A stretch of 64,000 bases of DNA from Candidatus Giovannonibacteria bacterium RIFCSPHIGHO2_01_FULL_45_24 (lineage in GTDB: Bacteria; Patescibacteriota; Minisyncoccia; UBA11713; 2-01-FULL-45-33), in assembly GCA_001778495.1 (NCBI GenBank), contig MFHE01000014.1, forward strand, positions 8,409-72,408, written 5' to 3'. Of the stretch, positions 55,114 to 63,280 are shown in pieces (within the stretch, counting starts at the first letter, position 1; each line of letters begins with the position of its first letter). A model generated the notes under the pieces. It was given only the letters and a program-made list of their open reading frames with translations, made no database searches and was not told the DNA's origin. Position numbers and translations under genes: made by a program.

Positions 55114-55488
55114 ATGCTGAAAAGATATTTCATTTTGGGGATTATTATTTTTGTTGGAGGGATGTGCGCTGATGTTGGGTATAAATGGATACACAAATTC
55201 CGCGTCAGCAGCGCGTTCAATGAGTATCAAGGCGCTATTTTGGAAAGTAAAAAGTTCCGCGCGAGATATCGTGCGGAACTGGAGCGGATTTTGACGATGA
55301 CGGAGAGGGGAATGAATCCGTTTGAACAAGAGAGAGTTACAAAAAGACTCTCCGAGCTTAAAGAAGAGATAAAAAAAGCGACAGAGAGATTGGCCATAGC
55401 GCGGAAAAAGTTTTGCGACTTGGTTGGCGACGAGGAGTTGTTTTGCCAAGAAGAGCAAAGCCCCGCGCCTCAAGGTTGGCCTATCTAA
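55114..55488 (+). CDS. Membrane-anchored coiled-coil protein (124 aa), hypothetical
   Basis: GAGGAGACGAGG precedes the ATG. N-terminal TM segment, then a K/E/R-rich helix. Confidence 0.5.
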   Translation: MLKRYFILGIIIFVGGMCADVGYKWIHKFRVSSAFNEYQGAILESKKFRARYRAELERILTMTERGMNPFEQERVTKRLSELKEEIKKATERLAIARKKFCDLVGDEELFCQEEQSPAPQGWPI

Positions 55489-55511
55489 ATCAATGCTTTC
55501 GGCCGGTACTG

Positions 55512-55539
55512 GAGCGCCTCCAAAAGGTGCTCTTTTTTT
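55512..55539 (+). terminator. Intrinsic terminator (GAGCGCC-TCCAAAA-GGTGCTC-TTTTTTT)
   Basis: 7-bp stem (one G.U) followed by a run of 7 T. It lies 24 nt after the stop of 55114..55488. Confidence 0.7.
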
Positions 55540-55621
55540 ATGCTTTCAAATTCTTTTAGCTTGGGTTTGCATAGAGCGCAGCTATGCTTTTTAATTTTAA
55601 ATCGTTTTCTCATATTAATAT

Positions 55622-55906
55622 TTAATGGCTCTGCTTACGGCTTATTTCCGGCACGTAAAAAATATATTTTTCAAAAATGGGTCGGAAATAAATCCGGTAA
55701 TTTCCAGTTCTTCTGCGGTAAAGATTTTCTTCGCCCTGAATAGGTTTAGTATCGCCGGCGAACAAACTTAGTTTCATATCTTCAAGCGCATAAAAAATAC
55801 GATCGCGTTCATGCTTAGGAAAACGTTTGAGATTTTTTAAGGCGCTGCTGGATAATCTATAATCCCAAGCCCTTTTTAACTTCTCTGGATATGAAGAATT
55901 TTCCAT
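55622..55906 (-). CDS. Type II toxin, RelE/ParE family
   Basis: LKRFPKHERDRIFYALEDM...GEENLYRRRTGNYRIYFRP...IFYVPEISRK pattern. Confidence 0.65.
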   Translation of the reverse strand: MENSSYPEKLKRAWDYRLSSSALKNLKRFPKHERDRIFYALEDMKLSLFAGDTKPIQGEENLYRRRTGNYRIYFRPIFEKYIFYVPEISRKQSH

Positions 55907-56063
55907 CTCTAATTTCGCGGAGACCTTTTTCTATCGCTTTTTTTTCGCGCCGAGTTATGGGTTCTGCGCTAGACCAAAAACGAAAGAGCTTCTCATATTC
56001 TTTTTTGGGTACGATTACGATATCGTCGTTTTGGATTAACTTTCTAGGTATAGTGATTGTCAT
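55857..56063 (-). CDS. Putative cognate antitoxin (68 aa)
   Basis: It lies upstream of and overlaps the RelE-like gene. MTITIPRKLIQNDDIVIVPKKEYEKL is AbrB/SpoVT- or DUF-type antitoxin-like. Confidence 0.5.
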   Translation of the reverse strand: MTITIPRKLIQNDDIVIVPKKEYEKLFRFWSSAEPITRREKKAIEKGLREIRDGKFFISREVKKGLGL

Positions 56064-56067
56064 ATCT

Positions 56068-57606
56068 TTATATTAGTTGCTTCGGCCTGTATTGCAAGGC
56101 CTCCAGGATGTGGGGGCTTTTTATGTTTCGCTCGCCTTCCAGGTCGGAAATCGTGCGGGCAAGTTTAATCACGCGGTGGTAGGAACGCGGGGAGAGGTCA
56201 AGCCGCGCGGCGGCTTGCTGGAGGATTGACTTTGACTCGTCGTCCAGTTGGCAATATTTTTTAATCTCGCGCACGCCCATCTCGCTGTTTGTAAGCAGTT
56301 TCGTCCCAGCGAATCTTTTTTTCTGAATTTCTCTTGCGCGCTCAACCCGTTTGCGGATTTGCGCGGAAGTTTCGCGGCTTGCCCCGAGCGTAGTCGATGG
56401 ATCGTCCTCCAATTTTTTATGCTCAATGCCGTAAACCCCTAGCCAAAGGTCAATCCTGTCCACAATCGGGCCGGAAATTTTTCTTTGGTAGCGGTTAATC
56501 GCAGCCGGATTGCAGATGCAGGCCTTATTGGAGCCCAAATTGCCGCATGGGCAGGGGTTCATGGCGATAATCATTGAAATTTGCGCCGGAAAATTCAGCG
56601 TCGCTTTGGCGCGCGATATTGTCACAACCTTGTCCTCCAGGGGCTGGCGCAAAACCTCAATCACCCGCCTTTCAAATTCCGGAAATTCGTCCAAAAACAA
56701 AACTCCGCGGTGAGCGAGGGTGATTTCCCCCGGCTTGGGGTAGGTTCCTCCGCCGACCAGCGAAACATATGAGGAAGTGTGGTGCGGGTTGCGAAATGGG
56801 CGCGAACTTACGATAAATTCTTTTTCCGGCAACGCCCCGGCGATGGAGTGGATTTTTGTCACCTCAAGCGCTTCTTCTTTTGAAAGCGACGGCAATATGG
56901 AGGAAAATGCCCGCGCGAGCATTGTTTTTCCCGTTCCTGGTGGGCCGATCATAAGGGCGTTATGCGCCCCGGCGGCGGCGATTTCCAATCCGCGCTTTGC
57001 AGACTCCTGCCCGCGCACATCCGCAAAATCCAAAAGCGTCTCTGCCCCGCCCAAACTTATTTTTGTTTTCGGGCATTCTGCTATCGTGTTTTTCTCTTCA
57101 AGGTGTTCCAAAACTTCTTCAAGGGCGCCGGCCTCAAAAACTTTAAGCCCGTCTATGAGCGCGGCTTCCGCGCCGTTGCCCCGCGGCAGATAAATTTCTT
57201 TAAACCCTTCCCGGCTGGCTTCTTCGGCCAGAGCCAAAACTCCTTTTATCGGCCGGAGCGAGCCGTCCAGGGCGAGCTCGCCCAGAAAAATTTTTTCTTT
57301 AGGGTTGAATTTCGCCTGCCCGGATGCCGAAAGGTAAGCAAGCGCAATAGGCAGGTCAAAAGCCGGCCCCTCTTTTTTGAGGTCTGCCGGAGCAAGAGAA
57401 ATCACAACCCGCTGGTTTTTCTTTTGCGGGTTTCTCGCGCCCAGATTTTTTATCGCGGCGGAGACGCGCTCTTTTGATTCGGCTACGGCCTTGTCCGCGA
57501 GCCCTACAATCGCGAAACTAAAAAGCCCCGGGGAAAGGTCAATCTCAACGTCAATTATTTTCCCCGAAAGCCCTACGACTTCCGCCGAATGGAGTTTTAC
57601 TGCCAT
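56068..57606 (-). CDS. comM: YifB/ComM Mg-chelatase-like AAA+ ATPase
   Basis: 512 aa. An N-terminal Lon-like domain, GPPGTGKTMLA, VLFLDEFPEF, and a C-terminal ChlI-type region. Confidence 0.9.
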   Translation of the reverse strand: MAVKLHSAEVVGLSGKIIDVEIDLSPGLFSFAIVGLADKAVAESKERVSAAIKNLGARNPQKKNQRVVISLAPADLKKEGPAFDLPIALAYLSASGQAKFNPKEKIFLGELALDGSLRPIKGVLALAEEASREGFKEIYLPRGNGAEAALIDGLKVFEAGALEEVLEHLEEKNTIAECPKTKISLGGAETLLDFADVRGQESAKRGLEIAAAGAHNALMIGPPGTGKTMLARAFSSILPSLSKEEALEVTKIHSIAGALPEKEFIVSSRPFRNPHHTSSYVSLVGGGTYPKPGEITLAHRGVLFLDEFPEFERRVIEVLRQPLEDKVVTISRAKATLNFPAQISMIIAMNPCPCGNLGSNKACICNPAAINRYQRKISGPIVDRIDLWLGVYGIEHKKLEDDPSTTLGASRETSAQIRKRVERAREIQKKRFAGTKLLTNSEMGVREIKKYCQLDDESKSILQQAAARLDLSPRSYHRVIKLARTISDLEGERNIKSPHILEALQYRPKQLI

Positions 57607-57633
57607 TAAAGAAACCTTACCTCCCCCTGCTTC

Positions 57634-58218
57634 TTATTTCAACTCTTTATACACCTTCCCCGCTTTTTTGATGGAGGGCTGGAGGGTTTGCGCGCCTTCG
57701 TCCCATGAAGCCGGGCAGACGTGCCCCGGATTTTTGCGGACGAAATTGAGGGCTTTTAATTTCCGTAAAATTTCAGAGGCGTTCCTTCCTATCGCGTCCG
57801 CCACAATCTCAAGGGCGCGCAAAACTCCGTCGGGGTCAATTATGAAAACCGCGCGCTGGGCCATGCCGTTGTTTTCGTCATAGATTCCAAGTTCCCGCGA
57901 AAATTTTCCGTTGTGGTCGGCGGCGAGCTGATATTTTAATCCCTTGAGCAATTCTTCCGTTTCAATCCACGCTTTATGGGTGAAAACCGTGTCGGTGGAG
58001 GCACCCACAAGCTCGGCTTTTTCTTTCGCGAAATCTTCGTAGTGCCGGTTTAAATCCAAAAGCTCCGTTGGGCAGACAAAAGTAAAATCCGCTGGGTAAA
58101 AAAACAAAACCAGCCACTTGCCCTCAAAATCTTTTAAGGATATTTTCGCGACCTCGTCCTTTTTCGGGTCGTAGGTCTCCAAAGAAAAATGCGGAAATTT
58201 TTGGTCTATTTGAAACAT
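57634..58218 (-). CDS. Typical 2-Cys peroxiredoxin (AhpC/TSA family)
   Basis: FTFVCPTE active site and a resolving Cys in HVCPASW. I place the start at MFQIDQKF (58218). The upstream extension of the track ORF overlaps the next gene. Confidence 0.9.
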   Translation of the reverse strand: MFQIDQKFPHFSLETYDPKKDEVAKISLKDFEGKWLVLFFYPADFTFVCPTELLDLNRHYEDFAKEKAELVGASTDTVFTHKAWIETEELLKGLKYQLAADHNGKFSRELGIYDENNGMAQRAVFIIDPDGVLRALEIVADAIGRNASEILRKLKALNFVRKNPGHVCPASWDEGAQTLQPSIKKAGKVYKELK

Positions 58219-58219
58219 G

Positions 58220-58579
58220 TTATTTGGTATGATTAACGCAAGTAATCGCTGCCGGATTCGCGCGCAATCTTTTTTCATCAATCGGCTCTCCTCCGACCGC
58301 GCAGATGCCGTATTTTCCTTGGCGCATTTTTTCCAGCGCTTCATTTACGTCGCGCAATCTTGATTCCAAATTATACTCAATGCTTGCGGCATTTTCCAGC
58401 TCCTCTTCCTGGTCGGCGGCCTCGTTTTTGTCGGAACGCGCGACATTGAGGTCCGGCGGCGTTACAACCCAATCCTCCGGCGCGTCGGGATTTCTGTGGG
58501 CGATCGTTCCTAGCTCCCCTTCCAACCGCGCTTTTTCCTCTTCCAATTTTTTCCTGAAAAAATCCAAATCTAAGGCCAT
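58220..58579 (-). CDS. DksA/TraR-family zinc-finger protein
   Basis: 119 aa. A coiled-coil N-terminus, then YGICAVGGEPIDEKRLRANPAAITCVNH, a degenerate 2-Cys form of the C4 finger. Confidence 0.7.
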   Translation of the reverse strand: MALDLDFFRKKLEEEKARLEGELGTIAHRNPDAPEDWVVTPPDLNVARSDKNEAADQEEELENAASIEYNLESRLRDVNEALEKMRQGKYGICAVGGEPIDEKRLRANPAAITCVNHTK

Positions 58580-58599
58580 TGAGATATCTTATCAAAATT

Positions 58600-59454
58600 T
58601 TACCTTGGAGGCAAGGTGATGAGGCGGTCTAGGATTGTTGAAAGCGCGGCGCGGGAGGTGGAGATGATGACGTATTGCTTGTTGAAAATGGAATAGCCCA
58701 GAATTATTTTCCCTCCGCCAGTCGGCGGACCATTTTTTAATACCCTCGCGTCGTTATTTTTTATGATGTCATCCGCCCAAGAAAACCGCGCGATGTTTTT
58801 AATATCTTCTTCCGCCAAAAACGGTTTCCAGTCAAACCAGATTGTGCGTTCCCATTCCAAAAGCGCCGCCAAGGCGCGCTCAAAACTTTTTGCTTTGAAG
58901 ATAATGGCAAGGTCGCTGGAGGCCTGTTCGTAGACAATGAGCGTGTTGAAATCGGGATTTAAGTTGTCCGAAAACCCGGCCGGCGGATTCCATGAAAGCA
59001 GCGCAATAAAATCCTTGGACGTCATCCTGAACGGGAAATAAATTATTGTGTCAAAACGGAGGCCTTTTTGCTTTTCATTCAAAAGCGCGCTTATAAGCGA
59101 GCCCGGGTTGGATTTTGAAAATACCAACTCTTTTTTATCTTCCACCTGCAAAAAACTTGCCGCCGGCTTCGGGGATTCTGGCTGCGGCTCTTGAGGCGCG
59201 GCGAAAAATAATTTGAAAAAAAAGTATCCCGCAAGCGCGATAATCAAAGCCGCGAGCGCGGAGTAAGTTATTTTTTTCCAGTCCAAGCCGAGCTTTATTT
59301 TCTCCGCCAGCCCGCCTGCCGGACGGGCAAGCCCTCCGCCGGCGGTGTAAGCGCTTCGGGCAATATCCAATTGCGAGAGTTTTTTTTCTTTAATAAAAAT
59401 CTCGGCGTCGGTTTTAAGCGTCCTGATTTTAGGGATTTCCTTCTCATCAGTCAT
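58600..59454 (-). CDS. Membrane-anchored hypothetical protein (284 aa)
   Basis: A single TM segment near residue 70. No family recognised. Confidence 0.5.
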   Translation of the reverse strand: MTDEKEIPKIRTLKTDAEIFIKEKKLSQLDIARSAYTAGGGLARPAGGLAEKIKLGLDWKKITYSALAALIIALAGYFFFKLFFAAPQEPQPESPKPAASFLQVEDKKELVFSKSNPGSLISALLNEKQKGLRFDTIIYFPFRMTSKDFIALLSWNPPAGFSDNLNPDFNTLIVYEQASSDLAIIFKAKSFERALAALLEWERTIWFDWKPFLAEEDIKNIARFSWADDIIKNNDARVLKNGPPTGGGKIILGYSIFNKQYVIISTSRAALSTILDRLITLPPR

Positions 59455-59474
59455 GCCTTTATTTTATCACGTAC

Positions 59475-61583
59475 TTATTTTCTGCGGGGTTTTGGCTGAA
59501 GCTCTTGCACCGCTTTGATTGAAAGATTCACTCTGCCCTGGTCGTCAATCCCGACGACTTTTACTTTCACTTCGTCTCCGGGCGCGACAACATCCGTAAC
59601 CTGGTTAACGCGAAAAGGCGCGAGCTCGGAGATGTGCACCAAGCCCTCCTGCTTTGGGCCGATTTCAACCATCGCACCGAACGGGAAGACGCGCGTGACT
59701 TTGCCTGTGAACGTTTCGCCGACTTCAAATTCTTTTGTCAGCATTGTGATTTTTTCTTCGGCCGCCCTCAAGCTTTCCTGGTTCGGCGAGGTGATAAAAA
59801 TCGTGCCGTCCTGCTCAATGTCTATTTCCGCGCCGGTTTCCGCCACGATTGATTGGATCATTTTGCCTCCCGGCCCGATGACATCGCGGATTTTGTCCGG
59901 ATTTATATGCATAGTCAAAATCCGCGGCGCGTAAGGAGAGAGCTCATCGCGGTGTTTGGGGAGTTCCTTTGTGACGACGTCCAAAATCCGGAGCCGCGCC
60001 TCGCGCGCCTGCAAAAACGCCTCCTCAATAATTTTTAATGGTATCCCGTCCACTTTCACATCCATTTGGACCGCGGTGATACCGCTACGCGTCCCGGCAA
60101 CCTTAAAATCCATGTCGCCGTGATGGTCTTCCGGGCCCTGGATATCGGTAAGGATTTTATATCTCGCTCCGCTCAACATCAGCCCCATAGCGATTCCCGA
60201 AACCGGCGCTTTTATGGGGACTCCCGCATCCATCAGCGCCAATGCGCCGGCTGTGACTGAGCCCATTGAGCTTGAGCCGTTGGATGATAGCGTCTCGGAA
60301 ACCACGCGAATGGTGTAAGGGAAAATTTCCACGGGAGGAATCACGGCTAAAAGCGCTTTTTCTCCCAAAGCGCCGTGGCCTATGTCGCGCCTTGCCGGGC
60401 CCCTCATTGGCTTGATTTCCCCGACCGAGAACGGCGGAAAATTATAGTGGTGCATGAATCTTTTTTTGGCGCGCACCTCCATGCCCTCAATAAGCTGGAC
60501 GTCCGAAGGCGCGCCTAAGGTGGCGACTGAAAGAATATGCGTCTCGCCTCTGTAAAAAACTCCGGAGCCGTGCGTTCGCGGCAAGACCCCAGCTTTTGCG
60601 AAAAGCGGGCGCAAATCTTTTACTCCGCGCCCGTCAGGCCTCCTCTCTTTTTCTATGATATTTTTATGCACAATATCATTAATCGCGTCTTCAAAGAGAG
60701 AATCGGCAATGTTATGCGGAGTATCCGCGAAATTTTCTTCGCACTCTTCCATCCACTGCCTTTTTAATTCGTTCATCGCTTCGTAGCGGTTGAGTTTTTC
60801 TTTTATATAAATTGTCTTTTCCAGCTTCGGCGCGATTTTGTTCCGAAATTCAGCTTTCATGTCGGCAGGCGCCTCGGCGAGCGTAATTTCCGCCTTCTCT
60901 GCGCCGATTTCTTTTATGATTTTATTCTGGAATTCGCAAATCCTATCGTTTTCCGAAACCGCAAGCTCCAAAGCACGCCGCATCTCGTCTTCGGAAATCT
61001 CCCGTGCTCCCGCTTCAATCATGTTCGCCTTGTCGTCCTTGCCGCAGATTACCGTATCCAGCGCCGCTCCTTCACGGTCTTTGTAAGCTGGGTTTATGAC
61101 GAGCTTTTCGTCCACCATCCCGACCCTCACTGCGCCAATCGGCCCGGCCCAGGGGATATTTGAAGTCCCCAGCGCCAAAGAAGTCGCCAAAATCGCGAGA
61201 ATATCCGGGTCGTTGTCCTCGTCAATTGAGAGCGTAAGCACAATCACCTGCGTTTCGTTCCTGGTTTTTTGGTTAAAAAGCGGCCGGATAGAGCGGTCAA
61301 TAAGGCGCGAGACCAAAATAGCTTCGTCCGACGCCCGGCCTTCCCGGCGCATGAAGCGCGAGCCCAAAATCATTCCAGCGGCGTAAAATTTTTCTTCGTA
61401 ATCAACTGTCAAGGGGAAAAAATCAACGCCTTCGCGCATGGATTTATTTTGCACGGCGGTCGCGAGAACTACCGTCCCGCCGTATGTCACCAGACAAGAC
61501 CCGTTGGCTTGGTGCGCCAAATCGCTGAATTCGGCAGTTAAAGTTCTGCCGCCGACTTCCGTCGTAAATTTTTTAGATTGCAT
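59475..61583 (-). CDS. pnp: Polyribonucleotide nucleotidyltransferase (PNPase)
   Basis: 702 aa. Two RNase PH-like halves, a KH domain (IRDVIGPGGKMIQ), and an S1 domain (GKVTRVFPFGAMVEI). Confidence 0.96.
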   Translation of the reverse strand: MQSKKFTTEVGGRTLTAEFSDLAHQANGSCLVTYGGTVVLATAVQNKSMREGVDFFPLTVDYEEKFYAAGMILGSRFMRREGRASDEAILVSRLIDRSIRPLFNQKTRNETQVIVLTLSIDEDNDPDILAILATSLALGTSNIPWAGPIGAVRVGMVDEKLVINPAYKDREGAALDTVICGKDDKANMIEAGAREISEDEMRRALELAVSENDRICEFQNKIIKEIGAEKAEITLAEAPADMKAEFRNKIAPKLEKTIYIKEKLNRYEAMNELKRQWMEECEENFADTPHNIADSLFEDAINDIVHKNIIEKERRPDGRGVKDLRPLFAKAGVLPRTHGSGVFYRGETHILSVATLGAPSDVQLIEGMEVRAKKRFMHHYNFPPFSVGEIKPMRGPARRDIGHGALGEKALLAVIPPVEIFPYTIRVVSETLSSNGSSSMGSVTAGALALMDAGVPIKAPVSGIAMGLMLSGARYKILTDIQGPEDHHGDMDFKVAGTRSGITAVQMDVKVDGIPLKIIEEAFLQAREARLRILDVVTKELPKHRDELSPYAPRILTMHINPDKIRDVIGPGGKMIQSIVAETGAEIDIEQDGTIFITSPNQESLRAAEEKITMLTKEFEVGETFTGKVTRVFPFGAMVEIGPKQEGLVHISELAPFRVNQVTDVVAPGDEVKVKVVGIDDQGRVNLSIKAVQELQPKPRRK

Positions 61584-61706
61584 AAAATTGCTTGAGGTGA
61601 TCTCCGGATTTTAGCTCTTCGACAAGAGGAGCTACCTATCCAAAGACCACCGATTATTAATTTGTAATAACTGGATATTATTCTTTTAGTTTGACAATGT
61701 CAAGCT

Positions 61707-61735
61707 GTCCGGAAATTCCGGCGGCTTTTTTTATT
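61707..61735 (+). terminator. Plus-strand intrinsic terminator, copy 1 of a 29-nt exact repeat
   Basis: GTCCGGAAATTCCGGCGGCTTTTTTTATT. The hairpin AGCTG-T-CCGG AAATT CCGG-CGGCT is followed by a T-run. No annotated plus-strand gene lies upstream. Confidence 0.55.
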
Positions 61736-61757
61736 CATTTTTGATAGTGCGTTTGGG

Positions 61758-61997
61758 TTATTTTACCGAAAACGCGATATCTGATTTTTTGGTGAATTCT
61801 TTGATGGCTTTAAGCCCCGCTCGGAAATTATCAAAATTAAACTCATAGAAATTAATGCGGGCAATTTTGCCGTTTTCGTCGTAGTCAATGACAACATTGC
61901 CGCTGATGTCTGAATCAACACTTTTTGTTTTGCCCAGCTCTATGCTCATTACTTGGCTTTCTTTGTCGTATGAAATTTTTGGTTTTGATTTGCTCAT
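61758..61997 (-). CDS. DUF2283-like small protein (putative antitoxin partner)
   Basis: YDKESQVMSIELGK...VVIDYDENGKIARINFYE matches the DUF2283 pattern. 4-nt overlap with the upstream gene. Confidence 0.6.
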   Translation of the reverse strand: MSKSKPKISYDKESQVMSIELGKTKSVDSDISGNVVIDYDENGKIARINFYEFNFDNFRAGLKAIKEFTKKSDIAFSVK

Positions 61998-62236
61998 AAA
62001 TATTTTTTAACTTGCGAGGTATCAATAATCGTAATAATTTTTAAACGATTTTTTACTCTCTCTGCGACTACGATTAACAATCTTTTATCTCCGGCATACA
62101 ATTTTTTAAACATGATTTTGTCTTTTTCGTCATACAATACTTTGTTCGGATGCAAAATCGCGCTTTCTAACAGCTTTTCCGAAATTCGGCGCTCCGCCAT
62201 CCGTTCCTTGGCATGCCGGGTCAGTTCATAATCCAT
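61994..62236 (-). CDS. DUF4258-like small protein (putative toxin partner)
   Basis: LTRHAKERMAERRISEKLLESAI...LLIVVAE...IITII pattern. Confidence 0.6.
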   Translation of the reverse strand: MDYELTRHAKERMAERRISEKLLESAILHPNKVLYDEKDKIMFKKLYAGDKRLLIVVAERVKNRLKIITIIDTSQVKKYL

Positions 62237-62280
62237 ATCATTTGCTTTAATGATAATTTACCCACCCCAAAATGTCACTA

Positions 62281-62309
62281 TTGACAAGATTTTGAATTGG
62301 GTGTATGCT
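62281..62309 (+). promoter_or_regulatory. Sigma-70-like promoter (TTGACA-17 nt-TGTATGCT)
   Basis: TTGACA at 62281-62286 and TATGCT at 62304-62309, preceded by TG. It drives the 62348/62411 reading frame. Confidence 0.6.
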
Positions 62310-62410
62310 TAAAACAGAAAATCTGAGAGAAGAAGGGGAGGAGATTTATGACAAATAAACGCTGCTGATCACCGCTCTATATCTGTGGCACTTGGTCATT
62401 ATTTGCGCCT

Positions 62411-62764
62411 GTGCCGGATGGCGGCACTTTAAAAATAACGGAGAGCATCGTTTATAACATACCAATCAGCCGCTGGTACGACATTTTGTTTGCCTTTCTC
62501 GCAGTAAACATTTATGGTTGGGTTTTAAGGGGTCTGCGATTGACAACCAAAGATTACATTAGCGATAACGACTTTTTCATTGGCTTTGGCGTTGGCCTTG
62601 TCGCTAGCCTTGCCGTTGGCCTTGTCGCTGGCCTTGTCGCTAGCCTTGTCGTTGGCCTTGTCGTTGGCCTTGGCGCTGGTCTTGCTTTCATAGTTAGAAC
62701 TCTGTTCTTTATGAATTTTTGGAACAAAATAGGCCATTGGCTAATAGCGAGAGACTTGAGTTAA
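62411..62764 (+). CDS. Membrane protein with a (G-L-V-A)n repeat core, possibly the 3' part of a frame interrupted by TGA
   Basis: The track ORF starts at GTG 62411 with no SD. The same frame is open from ATG 62348, which has a strong GGGGAGGAG SD. The only interruption is one TGA at 62366-62368. Confidence 0.5.
   Translation: MPDGGTLKITESIVYNIPISRWYDILFAFLAVNIYGWVLRGLRLTTKDYISDNDFFIGFGVGLVASLAVGLVAGLVASLVVGLVVGLGAGLAFIVRTLFFMNFWNKIGHWLIARDLS
62579..62686 (+). repeat. About nine tandem copies of a 12-nt unit (consensus GYTGGCCTTGTC)
   Basis: Read directly. The units begin at 62579 and recur every 12 nt through 62675 (62591, 62603, 62615 and so on). They encode GLVA-type tetrapeptides. Confidence 0.9.
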
Positions 62765-62789
62765 TTAAAGAAAGCAATTTTTTATAGCC

Positions 62790-62818
62790 GTCCGGAAATT
62801 CCGGCGGCTTTTTTTATT
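62790..62818 (+). terminator. Plus-strand intrinsic terminator, copy 2 of the 29-nt exact repeat
   Basis: Identical to 61707-61735. It lies 26 nt after the stop of 62411..62764. Confidence 0.7.
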
Positions 62819-62831
62819 TCGTAACTCCCCC

Positions 62832-62858
62832 AACCCCCTCTTACCCTAAGAGGGGGTT
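62832..62858. repeat. Hairpin repeat family 2, copy A (AACCCCCTCTTA-CCC-TAAGAGGGGGTT)
   Basis: Perfect 12-bp stem with a 3-nt loop. Confidence 0.9.
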
Positions 62859-62866
62859 CTGGTTGT

Positions 62867-62889
62867 TTCCCTCTTAAAGTAAGAGGGAA
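62867..62889. repeat. Hairpin repeat family 2, copy B (TTCCCTCTTA-AAG-TAAGAGGGAA)
   Basis: Perfect 10-bp stem. It lies 11 nt downstream of the DUF559 stop. Confidence 0.9.
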
Positions 62890-62900
62890 TAATGGAGTTA

Positions 62901-63266
62901 TTATTCAATTATTTTTAATTTACTTTTTATTTTCTCCAGTACCGCCTCAGTATTTTTCAGTACATCAGTATTCCAAAATCTTATCACTTTTATGTCTTTG
63001 TCGCGCAAATAACTGGTTCTTTCGCGGTCATAAATTTTTTGATCAGTTTCCGTGTGCCCACCGCCGTCTAGTTCAATAGCCAATCGCGAATCGGGACAGT
63101 AAAAATCCAAAATATAAGGTCCAACGCTATACTGTCTTAGAAATTTAATTCCATAGAATCTTTTATTGCGTAAGTATTTCCAAAGTAATCGTTCAGAATC
63201 TGTTTCAGATTTTCTAAGCTCTTTTCGTCGAGATTTTAGAGTTTGATTATTGTAAACAAATTTCAT
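62901..63266 (-). CDS. DUF559 (Vsr-like) endonuclease-domain protein
   Basis: SERLLWKYLRNKRFYGIKFLRQYSVGPYILDFYCPDSRLAIELDGGGH...IRFWNTDVL. Confidence 0.8.
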   Translation of the reverse strand: MKFVYNNQTLKSRRKELRKSETDSERLLWKYLRNKRFYGIKFLRQYSVGPYILDFYCPDSRLAIELDGGGHTETDQKIYDRERTSYLRDKDIKVIRFWNTDVLKNTEAVLEKIKSKLKIIE

Positions 63267-63280
63267 TCTTCGCTTCGGTT

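Noticed and set aside
62366-62430. Selenocysteine insertion at the in-frame TGA (C-U context, with a GTGCCG-GATGG-CGGCAC hairpin downstream)
   Set aside because: The hairpin starts ~40 nt after the UGA rather than the ~11 nt typical of bacterial SECIS elements. No Sec machinery is visible. A leader peptide or a nonsense mutation is more parsimonious.
62579-62686. Tandem 12-nt array considered as a CRISPR-like repeat
   Set aside because: The units are contiguous with no spacers, far shorter than CRISPR repeats, and lie inside an open reading frame. I saw no cas genes or any other CRISPR array in the window.
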